From an uncultured Acidimicrobiaceae bacterium (GTDB lineage: Bacteria; Actinomycetota; Acidimicrobiia; Acidimicrobiales; Aldehydirespiratoraceae): DNA of 64,000 nt. The notes beneath the pieces are model-generated. The model had not been told where the DNA came from. It did not search any database and saw only the letters and a list, made by a program, of their open reading frames with translations. This document shows, one piece after another, positions 1 through 8,052 of the stretch (positions are counted from its first letter, which is position 1; every line of letters starts with the position of its first letter). The stretch spans positions 4,417 to 68,416 of the forward strand of contig CAJWHS010000004.1 of the NCBI GenBank assembly GCA_913041415.1, in the 5' to 3' direction. Both the position numbers and the translations under genes were made by a program.

Positions 1-1
1 T

Positions 2-343
2 GAGATCAATGAACGCCTCGCTGTCTGGACCCGTGATCGCGACAAGAACGCCGCCGCCGCTGGCCTCCAGCAGGCCGGTGTGTCGGCAATGCCCGTCATG
101 GGGCCACTCGATCACCTCGCCGACCCGCATCTCCTGAGCCGAGCAGCATTCGACGAGGTTGAGCATCCCGTCGGCGGCACCGAGCATCACATCGCCAACC
201 CGACCCGCTTTTCGCGCACACCAACCCGCACTGCAGGACCGGCTCCCTGCCTGGGTGCCGACACCCGACGGATCCTCACCGAGTGGCTCGGACTCGACGG
301 CGCCGTGCTGGACCGTTTGGTCGAGACCGACGCCCTCACCTAG
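2..343 (+). CDS. family III CoA-transferase (CaiB/BaiF-like), C-terminal fragment; 5' end outside window
   Basis: Frame open from window edge. Translation ...GLQQAGVSAMPVMGPLDHLADPHLLSRAAFDEVEHPVGG...CLGADTRRILTEWLGL resembles the conserved C-terminal region of CaiB/BaiF proteins. Confidence 0.7.
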   Translation, partial: EINERLAVWTRDRDKNAAAAGLQQAGVSAMPVMGPLDHLADPHLLSRAAFDEVEHPVGGTEHHIANPTRFSRTPTRTAGPAPCLGADTRRILTEWLGLDGAVLDRLVETDALT

Positions 344-354
344 GACCCGATGGC

Positions 355-1989
355 TCAGTCAGCGGCGTGGAGCAGGCCGTAGACCAGAGAATCGACGAGG
401 GCCTGCCATGAGGCCTCGATGATGTTCTCGCTCACCCCGATCGTGGTCCAATCATGGGAACCGTCGGTCGAGTCGAGCAAGACGCGGGTGATCGCGCCGG
501 TGCCCTTGCCCGTGTCGAGAACACGAACCTTGAAGTCGGTGAGGCTGATGCGGTCGAGCGCCGGATAAATGTCGCCGAGCGCGTTGCGCAGGGCGGCGTC
601 GAGCGCGTTGACCGGACCATTGCCTTCACCCACCGCAAGGTGACGGGTGTCGTCAACCCAGACCTTCACGGTGGCCGAGGTCTCGACATCGACCGCGACG
701 TCATTCCAGAGGCGGGCGTTGGTGCCGGACCGGTGATCGGTATCGACCGAGAACGACTCGAGTCGGAAGAACGGCTGCTCCCAGCCGGCAGCGCCACGCA
801 TGAGCAGCTCGAGCGACGCATCAGCCGCCTCGAAGTGGTAGCCCTCGTGCTCAAGCTTCTTGAGCGTGTCGATGACATCGCCGACCGTCTTGCCGTCGAG
901 CTCGATGGCGAGCGCCTCGGCTTTCAACTCGAGCGTCGAACGGCCAGCCATCTCCGACACGAGCACACGGGTGCCGTTGCCGACCGCCTCCGGATCGACG
1001 TGCTCGTAGGCGTCACTCGCCCGGCTCAGCGCCGAGGTGTGCAGACCTGCCTTGTGCGCGAACGCCGTCGAACCCACGTATGGCTGCTGCGGGTCGACCG
1101 AAAAGTTGACGAGCTCGGCCACATGGTGGGCAACCGAAGTGAGGTTAGCGAGACGCCCCTCCGGCAGACACTGGATACCCATCTTGAGTTCGAGGTTGGC
1201 CATGATCGGCACGAGGTCGCAGTTACCGACCCGCTCGCCATAGCCGTTGATCGTGCCCTGAACCTGGGTGGCGCCCGCCCGCACGGCGGCAAGCGCATTG
1301 GCGATGCCGCAGCCCGTGTCGTTGTGGAGATGGATGCCGACCTGGCAGTCGACATGATCGACAACCGCACCGACCGCGGCTTCGACATCAGGTGGGAGGG
1401 ACCCGCCGTTGGTGTCGCAGAGCACAACGGCCTCGGCACCGGCCATAGCCGCCGCTTCGACGACGCAAAGGCTGAACTCGGGATTGCGTTTGTAGCCGTC
1501 GAAGAAGTGTTCAGCATCGAAAAACACTCGCTTGCCCTGGGCGACCAGGTACTCGACCGAATCGGCCACCATCGCCACACCCTCGTCGAGTGTGGTCTTC
1601 AGCGCCTCGGTGACGTGATAGTCCCAGCACTTCCCGACGATGCAGACGACCTCGGTGCCGGCGGCGACGAGGTTCGCCAGGGTCTGATCACTGTTGACCT
1701 TGCCCTTCGCCCGCCGAGTGGAACCAAACGCGACAAAGGTCGACGTCGACAGGTCCAGTTCGGTCTTGGCCCGCTCGAAGAACTCGTCATCCTTCGGGTT
1801 GGCGCCCGGCCAACCACCCTCGATGAACGCGACACCGAGGCGGTCGAGCTGCTCGGCGATGCGCAGCTTGTCGTCGACCGTCAGCGAAATACCCTCCAAC
1901 TGACTTCCGTCGCGGAGGGTCGTGTCGTAGATGTCGACCTGGGTGGGCCAGGACGGATCGTGGACAGCGCTGCGGTCGATGAGGGTCAT
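355..1989 (-). CDS. cimA: (R)-citramalate synthase (LeuA/CimA family, short Geobacter-type form)
   Basis: VDIYDTTLRDGSQLEGISLTVDDKLRIAEQLDRLGVAFIEGGWPGANPKDDEFF, HLHNDTGCGIANALAAV and a C-terminal LeuA-dimer-like region. I trimmed the 576-aa ORF to the internal ATG (MTLIDRS...), which overlaps the ilvE stop as ATGA. Confidence 0.8.
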   Translation of the reverse strand: MTLIDRSAVHDPSWPTQVDIYDTTLRDGSQLEGISLTVDDKLRIAEQLDRLGVAFIEGGWPGANPKDDEFFERAKTELDLSTSTFVAFGSTRRAKGKVNSDQTLANLVAAGTEVVCIVGKCWDYHVTEALKTTLDEGVAMVADSVEYLVAQGKRVFFDAEHFFDGYKRNPEFSLCVVEAAAMAGAEAVVLCDTNGGSLPPDVEAAVGAVVDHVDCQVGIHLHNDTGCGIANALAAVRAGATQVQGTINGYGERVGNCDLVPIMANLELKMGIQCLPEGRLANLTSVAHHVAELVNFSVDPQQPYVGSTAFAHKAGLHTSALSRASDAYEHVDPEAVGNGTRVLVSEMAGRSTLELKAEALAIELDGKTVGDVIDTLKKLEHEGYHFEAADASLELLMRGAAGWEQPFFRLESFSVDTDHRSGTNARLWNDVAVDVETSATVKVWVDDTRHLAVGEGNGPVNALDAALRNALGDIYPALDRISLTDFKVRVLDTGKGTGAITRVLLDSTDGSHDWTTIGVSENIIEASWQALVDSLVYGLLHAAD

Positions 1990-2903
1990 GACGCCAGTTC
2001 GTTCCAGGCCCGATACGTCTCGTTCTTGCCCCGCACGAGATCGGCGTAGGCATCGGCCAGCGCCTTGGTGGCGGGGCCGGGGCACGGCACCGGACGATCG
2101 TCGACGGAGTTGACGGCAGAGACCTCAGCGGCGGTGCCGACGACAAAGATTTCATCGGCGGTGTAGAGATCGCTGCGGGCCAGGTCGCCGACCTGGATAT
2201 CGATGCCGTGATCGGCGGCGAGGGTCATCACGGTGTGCTGGGTGATGCCGGGGAGTGCCCCCGACGAGGTGGGCGGGGTGAGGATGACATCGCCCTTGGC
2301 CACGAAGATGTTCTCGCCCGAGCACTCCGAAACGAGACCGGCTCCGTTGAGCATGATCGCCTCGTCGTAGCCCGCATTGAGGGCTTCCATTTTGGCGAGG
2401 GTGCTGTTGGCGTAGTTGCCGGTGGTCTTTGCGGCCGGCGGCATGATGTTGTGGTCGTGGCGGGTCCACGAGCTGATCTTCATGCGCACACCCTTGGTGA
2501 CGGCGTCGTCGCCCAGGTAGGCACCCCACGGCCACGCTGCGATGGCGATATCGGTCGTGCAGGCGCCGGTGGCGAGCCCCATCTCGCCATAGCCGTAGTA
2601 GGCGATCGGGCGGAGGTAACAGGCGTCGAGTCCGGAGTCAGCGACGACGTCCTTGCAGGCCTGCACGATGGTCGGCACGTCGTATGACATTGGCATGCCG
2701 AGGATCTTCGCCGAGTTGTAGAGGCGCTCGATGTGCTCGGTAAGCCGGAAGATGGCCGGACCTTGATCGGTTTCGTAGGCACGGATGCCTTCGAAGACGC
2801 CGGTGCCGTAATGGAGCGTGTGCGTAAGGACATGGATCTTGGCGTCCTCCCACGGCACCATCTCGCCGTTCATCCAGATGTGGGGCGTCGGGGTGATGGG
2901 CAT
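1986..2903 (-). CDS. ilvE: branched-chain amino acid aminotransferase
   Basis: MPITPTPHIWMNGEMVPWEDAKIHVLTHTLHYGTGVFEGIRAY... is a typical class IV aminotransferase. ATG start with GAAGG 8 nt upstream. Confidence 0.9.
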   Translation of the reverse strand: MPITPTPHIWMNGEMVPWEDAKIHVLTHTLHYGTGVFEGIRAYETDQGPAIFRLTEHIERLYNSAKILGMPMSYDVPTIVQACKDVVADSGLDACYLRPIAYYGYGEMGLATGACTTDIAIAAWPWGAYLGDDAVTKGVRMKISSWTRHDHNIMPPAAKTTGNYANSTLAKMEALNAGYDEAIMLNGAGLVSECSGENIFVAKGDVILTPPTSSGALPGITQHTVMTLAADHGIDIQVGDLARSDLYTADEIFVVGTAAEVSAVNSVDDRPVPCPGPATKALADAYADLVRGKNETYRAWNELAS

Positions 2904-2963
2904 ATCGTTACCTTCGCTGCATTCGCTGAACGCCCAAAGGCGCTCGGTGGTTGATGGTGGGTT

Positions 2964-3950
2964 TCAGAGGCGAGCGACGATCGCGTCGCCGATCTCGCTG
3001 GTGCTTCCGGTCAGAGTTTCGGGCTCGGTAGAGGCGGCACGGATGCGGTCGGCCGCCTCGGACTCGCCGAGGTGGTCCAACATCATCGCACCACTCAGGA
3101 TGGCGGCGATGGGGTTTGCCTTGCCGGTGCCGACGATGTCGGGCGCCGAGCCGTGGACCGGCTCGAACATCGACATGCCGTTCGGGTTCAGGTTTGCGGT
3201 GGGAGCCAGGCCGATACCGCCCGACACCGCACCCCCGAGGTCGGTGAGGATGTCGCCGAACAGGTTGTCGGTGACGATCACGTCGTACCGCTGAGGGTCC
3301 TGCACGAAGTAGATGCAGGCGGCGTCGACATGGTTGTACGCCGTCTCGACCTCGGGGTACTCGGTGGCCACCTCGTTGAAGGTGCGCTCCCAGAGATCAC
3401 CCGAGAAGGTGAGGACGTTGGTCTTGTGCACGAGCGTGACGTGCTTGCTGCGCTTCATCGCGAGGTCGAAGGCGTAGCGGACGCAGCGTTCGACACCCAT
3501 GCGGGTGTTGACCGAACCCTGGGTGGCGATCTCGTGTGGGGTGTTGGCCCGCAGCAGACCACCCTCTCCGGCGTAGGTGCCCTCCGTGTTCTCCCGGATC
3601 ACGACGAAGTCGTGGCTGACCCCTCCGTCGTCGGTGCGCGCACCGAGGAACGGCCGGTAGTTGATGTACAGATCGAGTTCGAAACGCATCTTGAGCAGCA
3701 GGCCTCGCTCGATGAGGCCGGGCGGCACATCGGGGGTGCCGACCGCGCCGGCGTAGAGGGCATCGATCCCGCGCCACTCATCGATGATCTTCTGGGGCAG
3801 AACGGTTCCGTCCTTCAGGTACCGCTCGCCGCCAAGGTCGTAGTCGATGCGCTCGTACTCGATGCCGAGGGCGTCGATGACCTTGAGGCCTTCGGCCACG
3901 ACCTCGGGGCCGATGCCGTCGCCACCCATGATGCCGATGCGGTGCGTCAC
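2964..3950 (-). CDS. leuB: 3-isopropylmalate dehydrogenase
   Basis: RIGIMGGDGIGPEV N-terminus, NLFGDILTDL and GSAPDI motifs. Start placed at GTG 3950 (GGAAGG 7 nt upstream) rather than the TTG at 3971 used by the ORF track. Confidence 0.9.
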   Translation of the reverse strand: MTHRIGIMGGDGIGPEVVAEGLKVIDALGIEYERIDYDLGGERYLKDGTVLPQKIIDEWRGIDALYAGAVGTPDVPPGLIERGLLLKMRFELDLYINYRPFLGARTDDGGVSHDFVVIRENTEGTYAGEGGLLRANTPHEIATQGSVNTRMGVERCVRYAFDLAMKRSKHVTLVHKTNVLTFSGDLWERTFNEVATEYPEVETAYNHVDAACIYFVQDPQRYDVIVTDNLFGDILTDLGGAVSGGIGLAPTANLNPNGMSMFEPVHGSAPDIVGTGKANPIAAILSGAMMLDHLGESEAADRIRAASTEPETLTGSTSEIGDAIVARL

Positions 3951-3969
3951 GTTGGAACCTTCCTGGAAC

Positions 3970-3997
3970 AAGAAAAACCGCCCACCGAAGTGGACGG
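3970..3997 (-). terminator. intrinsic terminator-like hairpin with U-tract, 20 nt upstream of leuB (attenuator terminator)
   Basis: Minus strand CCGUCCAC-UUCG-GUGGGCGG (8 bp including one G-U, UUCG tetraloop) followed directly by UUUUUCUU. No gene ends here on this strand, so it lies in a 5' leader. Confidence 0.7.
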
Positions 3998-4028
3998 CTG
4001 GTGGCGCACGCCGAAAGCCCGACGTGCG

Positions 4029-4064
4029 CTACGAAATGCTGATGATGATCGAGATGGTCATCAT
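4029..4064 (-). CDS. putative Ile-rich leader peptide MMTISIIISIS (11 codons)
   Basis: ATG ATG ACC ATC TCG ATC ATC ATC AGC ATT TCG TAG. Five of 11 codons are Ile, three of them consecutive. The stop codon overlaps the base of a 9-10 bp hairpin (4004-4029). A promoter-like TTGAGT-N17-TAGGCT ends 7 nt before the ATG. Confidence 0.55.
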   Translation of the reverse strand: MMTISIIISIS

Positions 4065-4071
4065 GGCCAGA

Positions 4072-4100
4072 AGCCTACCGGGCGCCCTTCTTGGACTCAA
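4072..4100 (-). promoter_or_regulatory. sigma-A-like promoter for the leader ORF (TTGAGT-N17-TAGGCT), predicted leaderless start at ATG 4064
   Basis: Read directly on the minus strand: -35 TTGAGT (4100-4095), 17-nt spacer, -10 TAGGCT (4077-4072), 7 nt, then ATG. Confidence 0.5.
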
Positions 4101-4167
4101 TCGCCCGTCGACGTGACTCATGGGCTGTGCGGCTGAGCGAACCGACGGGACCGATAGCCTCGTCCAG

Positions 4168-4638
4168 ATGGCAGACGCACAGCAGCTCTCCCAAGCCGCC
4201 TTCGACCGGCTCAAGGCCGAGTACGACGACCTCACCACGCGCGGGCGCATCGACATCGCCCGCAAGATCGAGGCCGCCCGTGAGCTCGGTGATCTCTCCG
4301 AGAACGGCGACTACCACGCCGCCAAGGAGGAGCAGGGCAAGATGGAAGGCCGCATCATGCACCTCGGTCGCATGATCGAGAATGCCGTGATCGTCGAGAC
4401 CGAGGTCGGGGGCGATTCCGTCAAGGCGGGGGCCATCGTCACAATCATCTTCGATGGCGAAGACGACGCGGAGCGATATCTCGTTGGCTCGATCGAGGAA
4501 CAGGTCAAGGACGTCACCGTCGTTTCGCCCGGCTCGCCGATGGGTGCCGCCCTGCTCGGTGCCGCCGTTGGCGATGAGGTCGAGTACGAGGCGCCGACCG
4601 GCGCCGTCTTGAAGGTCAAAGTCCTTGCGATCGCGTAG
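4168..4638 (+). CDS. greA: transcription elongation factor GreA
   Basis: MADAQQLSQAAFDRLKAEYDDLTTRGRIDIARKIEAARELGDLSENGDYHAAKEEQ... is the GreA coiled-coil plus C-terminal domain. Start at internal ATG 4168 with TAGCCT (4155-4160) 7 nt upstream. Confidence 0.9.
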   Translation: MADAQQLSQAAFDRLKAEYDDLTTRGRIDIARKIEAARELGDLSENGDYHAAKEEQGKMEGRIMHLGRMIENAVIVETEVGGDSVKAGAIVTIIFDGEDDAERYLVGSIEEQVKDVTVVSPGSPMGAALLGAAVGDEVEYEAPTGAVLKVKVLAIA

Positions 4639-4737
4639 GTGCCCGTTCTGGAGCCTGCCGGTGCACCAACTGCGCTGCTGCTCCACGACTCGAGAGCGAC
4701 ACTGGTCTCGAACCGCAAGCCCGCTACGGTCCTCGCC

Positions 4738-5238
4738 ATGCGCCTGCGCCTGATTCTCGCTCTAGCCGCACTCGTTGCGGCGTCGTGTGTCGATGACGAC
4801 CCGCTCGATGCGTTCGTTGAGGTCGAGCCCGAGATCGTCATCGAGACCGAAGAACCCGACACCGATGCGCTCGAGGAGGCTGCAGCCGACACCGAATCCG
4901 AGGTGGACGAAGCCGCGCCGATCGAAATCCCCGACGACGCCCTCGACCTCAGCGGTATGGACCAGGTTGCGCTCGACATCCAGGACAACGCGTTCACCCA
5001 GCGGGTCGTGGTCGTGAGTGCCGGAACCGAGATCACCTGGACCAACCAGGGACGAAACGAGCACAACGTCCGGCCCGCCGTCGAAGGGGCGTTCGAACCG
5101 ATCTCGACGCTCGATCTCGCCGAAAAGGGAGACAGCGCCTCGCTCGTCTTCGAGACCCCCGGCGACTTCCCTTACTTCTGCAGCCTCCACGGCACGGCAA
5201 CCAACGGGCAGACAGGCCGCGTGATCGTCGTTTCCTGA
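4738..5238 (+). CDS. cupredoxin (plastocyanin/amicyanin-like) lipoprotein
   Basis: Lipobox LAALVAASC, an acidic linker, then ...GTEITWTNQGRNEHNV...PGDFPYFCSLHGTATNGQTGRVIVV (His / Cys-x2-His type-1 copper pattern). TACGGT lies 7 nt upstream of the ATG. Confidence 0.75.
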   Translation: MRLRLILALAALVAASCVDDDPLDAFVEVEPEIVIETEEPDTDALEEAAADTESEVDEAAPIEIPDDALDLSGMDQVALDIQDNAFTQRVVVVSAGTEITWTNQGRNEHNVRPAVEGAFEPISTLDLAEKGDSASLVFETPGDFPYFCSLHGTATNGQTGRVIVVS

Positions 5239-5307
5239 GTCGCTCGAGTTTCGGGCGCCCAACCATCGGGACTAGGGTCCCGAGCGTCGCTTTTCTGAGG
5301 GGGAATC

Positions 5308-6705
5308 ATGCGTCGCCTGCTAATTCTACTATCCGTCTTCGCGTTAGTTGCGTCCGCCTGCGGTGGAGGTGACGACAGCACCGAAACCACCGCCGGGGAC
5401 ACGCCGACCGAGTCCGATTCGGCAGCAGAGCCCGACGAAGAAACGGCCGAGCCGGAGCCCGAACCCGAAGAAGAGGCCGAGCCAGAGCCCGAGGAGCCCG
5501 CCAACGACAACCCCCTCAATGCGCTCCGGGTGCCACAAGATTTCGCCACCATTCAGGATGCTGTTGATGCCGCTGAACCCGGCGATCTCGTGCTGATTGA
5601 CGAAGGCGTCTACAACGAGTCGGTCGTCGTCGAGACCGACAACATCGTCATTCGCGGTGTCGACCGCCAGACTGTCGTGCTCGATGGCGAGCACTCCGAG
5701 GAGATGGCGAACGGCATCATCGTGTTCTCCAACGGTGTCGCCGTCGAGAACCTCACCGTGAAGAACTACTTCTCGAACGGCGTGTTCTTCACCGGCGACT
5801 ACGACTCGGACTTCATCCTCCGGGGCTACCGGGTGAGCTATGTCAACGCTCTCAACAACCGGGTCTACGGCATCTACGCCTTCAATGCCGAGTACGGCCT
5901 GTTCGACAACACCTACGCCGCCGGACACACCGACTCGGGCTACTACATCGGCCAGTGCCAGCCGTGCAACGCCGTGTTGTCGAACAACCTGTCGGAGTAC
6001 AACACGCTCGCCTACTCGGGCACGAACGCCGGCGGCGACCTCTTCATCGTGAACAACGAGTTCCGGATGAACCGCATCGGGGTCACTCCTAACACGCTCA
6101 ACTCCGAAGAGCTCGCCCCGCAGCGCGGCGCGACCTTCGCCGGCAACTGGATCCACAGCAACGGCAACCCCGAAACCCCCAAGGGAGGCAACACCTGGGA
6201 GCTCGCCTACGGCGTTGGCATGGTGCTACCAGGGGCCAACAACAACCTCGTCAGCCGCAACCTGATCGAGAACAACCTCAACGGCGGCGTTGCGGTCTCG
6301 TTCATGCCCGACGGCGACACGTTCTGGTTGGCCGAGAACAACACGATCACCGACAACGTGTTCCGTGGTAACGGCATTGACGCCGTCATGGTCGACCAGG
6401 GTGGAGGAGAGGGCCTCGGCAACTGCTTCAGCGGCAACACCCTCGACACCTCCCGCCCGGCCGACATCGACACGGTCCTGCCGTGCGACGGGCCCGAGGG
6501 CGACCTCAGCGACATGATCGGCATCGACTTCTTCTCCCCGCCCGGCGCGGACGAAAACGTGCCATACGCCGATGTTGCGTCGCCGGGCGCTGCCGATCAG
6601 CCGTCCATGCCCGACGCGTTGACCGCTCCGGCGTCACCTGCCGACGTCCTGCCCGAGTTCGACGATTTCGATCTGGATGCGATCGCAGTCCCGAGCGGTA
6701 CCTGA
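5308..6705 (+). CDS. right-handed parallel beta-helix repeat lipoprotein (NosD/pectin-lyase-fold-like)
   Basis: Lipobox LVASAC and an acidic EPEPEPEEEAEPEPEEP linker. Then PQDFATIQDAVDAAEPGDLVLIDEGVYNESVVV plus repeated short N/G-rich beta-helix turns. SD GAGGGGGA upstream. Confidence 0.7.
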   Translation: MRRLLILLSVFALVASACGGGDDSTETTAGDTPTESDSAAEPDEETAEPEPEPEEEAEPEPEEPANDNPLNALRVPQDFATIQDAVDAAEPGDLVLIDEGVYNESVVVETDNIVIRGVDRQTVVLDGEHSEEMANGIIVFSNGVAVENLTVKNYFSNGVFFTGDYDSDFILRGYRVSYVNALNNRVYGIYAFNAEYGLFDNTYAAGHTDSGYYIGQCQPCNAVLSNNLSEYNTLAYSGTNAGGDLFIVNNEFRMNRIGVTPNTLNSEELAPQRGATFAGNWIHSNGNPETPKGGNTWELAYGVGMVLPGANNNLVSRNLIENNLNGGVAVSFMPDGDTFWLAENNTITDNVFRGNGIDAVMVDQGGGEGLGNCFSGNTLDTSRPADIDTVLPCDGPEGDLSDMIGIDFFSPPGADENVPYADVASPGAADQPSMPDALTAPASPADVLPEFDDFDLDAIAVPSGT

Positions 6706-8044
6706 ACAACCAACTCGTCGAATCGGCGTCCTGCTCGGCGCCCTCGCCGTCCTCGTGGCGGCGTGTGGCGGCAGCACCGACGCCGATTCCGACGCGCTCG
6801 TCGTTCCGACAACTGCGCCGGACTGGTTGATCGAGCGAGCCGGCGACGCCACGACAACCTTCGAGGTGAGCGAGCGCTCCTACAACCTCTCGGCCCGCAA
6901 CGTCGGTCTTCCCGCACGAATTCGGTTTGCCGACGGCGACGAAGTCTTCGAAGCCTTCTTCGACACCGACACGGGGCTCGGCCCCGATTTCAACGCCAAC
7001 AGTTGCACGTCGTGCCATGTCAACAACGGCCGTCAACAGTTCCCGGTGGAGAGCGGCACCGTGGGTATCGGTCCCGTCATGCACGTGTCCGCTCCGGGCG
7101 CCACCGACGACGAGGCGCCGTTCGACCTACCCGGCTTCGGCACTGGCCTGCAAACCTTCACCGTCGACGGCAGCCAACCCGAAGCCCGGATCGACGTGAC
7201 GTGGGAGACGATCAAGGGGACCTACCCCGACGGCACGCCCTACGACCTCCGTCGACCCGTCGTCTCAGCCGTCGGTCTCGCCCGCGAACTTCCCGCCGAC
7301 GCACAACTCTCGCTCCGCATCCCGCCGCAGGTTGCGGGACCAGGCCTGCTTGAGTACGTGCCGGCGGCAGACATCGTGGCTGCGGCCGATCCCGATGATG
7401 CCGACGGCGACGGCATCTCCGGCGCCGTCAATTATGTCGTCGACGGCCGCATCGGCCGCCACGGCTGGAAGGCTGATACGCCCGATCTTGTCCACCAGTC
7501 GGCCAATGCCCTTGCCGAGGATATCGGTGTTGGTACCTCGCTCATCCCGGTCAACGGCTCGATTGAGTTGTCCGACGAAGAGCTCGCTGATCTCGCGTTC
7601 TACGTCGAGGCCCTTGCGATTCCTGCCGGACGTGACGTCGACGATCTCGACGTCATCCGTGGCGCCAATCTCTTCACTGCAATCGGCTGCGCCGACTGCC
7701 ACACGCCGACACAACGCACCGGCATCACCCAGTACGCCGAACTCAACAACCTTTTGCTCATCCCTTTCACCGACCTGCTGCTCCACGACATGGGACCAGG
7801 TCTCGACGACGGCCGGAGCGTCTACCGTGCGTCAGGTAGCGAGTGGAGAACTGCACCGCTGTGGGGCATCGGCCTGCTTGACACCGTCAACGGCCACGTG
7901 TCGCTGCTGCACGACGGCCGGGCCCGCTCGATCGAAGAGGCGATCCTGTGGCACGGCGGCGAGGCCCAGCACGTCACGGACGCCTTCATGGCGCTCAGCG
8001 CCGAGGATCGAGCTGCGCTGCTTCGATTCGTCGCGAGCCGCTAA
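6677..8044 (+). CDS. di-haem cytochrome c peroxidase-like lipoprotein (DUF1111 family)
   Basis: Lipobox LVAACGG, two CxxCH motifs (CTSCH, CADCH), RTAPLWGIGLL and HDGRARSIEEAILWHGGEA. The only start that retains the signal peptide is ATG 6677, which overlaps the preceding gene by 29 nt. Confidence 0.75.
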   Translation: MRSQSRAVPEQPTRRIGVLLGALAVLVAACGGSTDADSDALVVPTTAPDWLIERAGDATTTFEVSERSYNLSARNVGLPARIRFADGDEVFEAFFDTDTGLGPDFNANSCTSCHVNNGRQQFPVESGTVGIGPVMHVSAPGATDDEAPFDLPGFGTGLQTFTVDGSQPEARIDVTWETIKGTYPDGTPYDLRRPVVSAVGLARELPADAQLSLRIPPQVAGPGLLEYVPAADIVAAADPDDADGDGISGAVNYVVDGRIGRHGWKADTPDLVHQSANALAEDIGVGTSLIPVNGSIELSDEELADLAFYVEALAIPAGRDVDDLDVIRGANLFTAIGCADCHTPTQRTGITQYAELNNLLLIPFTDLLLHDMGPGLDDGRSVYRASGSEWRTAPLWGIGLLDTVNGHVSLLHDGRARSIEEAILWHGGEAQHVTDAFMALSAEDRAALLRFVASR

Positions 8045-8052
8045 GCGGTGCG

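Noticed and set aside
454-2049. 531-aa plus-strand ORF overlapping cimA
   Set aside because: It is antisense to a clearly recognisable citramalate/isopropylmalate synthase and has low-complexity R/G/V/D composition with no motifs. The same reasoning applies to other long antisense or out-of-frame ORFs: 3072-4136, 28335-29699, 34536-35840, 37466-38764, 44126-45190, 50330-51376, 51488-52816, 53160-54194, 55653-56876, 58747-59985 and 17723-19765.
5272-5283. 12-mer CTAGGGTCCCGA shared (in sense orientation, about 25 nt before the start codon) by the beta-helix gene and the mcr-like gene (45757-45768)
   Set aside because: Chance 12-mer matches are expected in 2 x 64 kb of biased sequence. The shared part is adequately explained as a -10 hexamer (TAGGGT) plus a GC-rich discriminator, so it is not evidence for a repeat family.
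5266-5294. Hairpin TCGGGAC-TAGG-GTCCCGA followed by TTTT between the cupredoxin and beta-helix genes as an intrinsic terminator
   Set aside because: The T-run is separated from the stem by 7 nt. The loop and 3' arm coincide with the predicted -10 (TAGGGT) of the downstream gene. A promoter interpretation fits better, although partial termination cannot be excluded.
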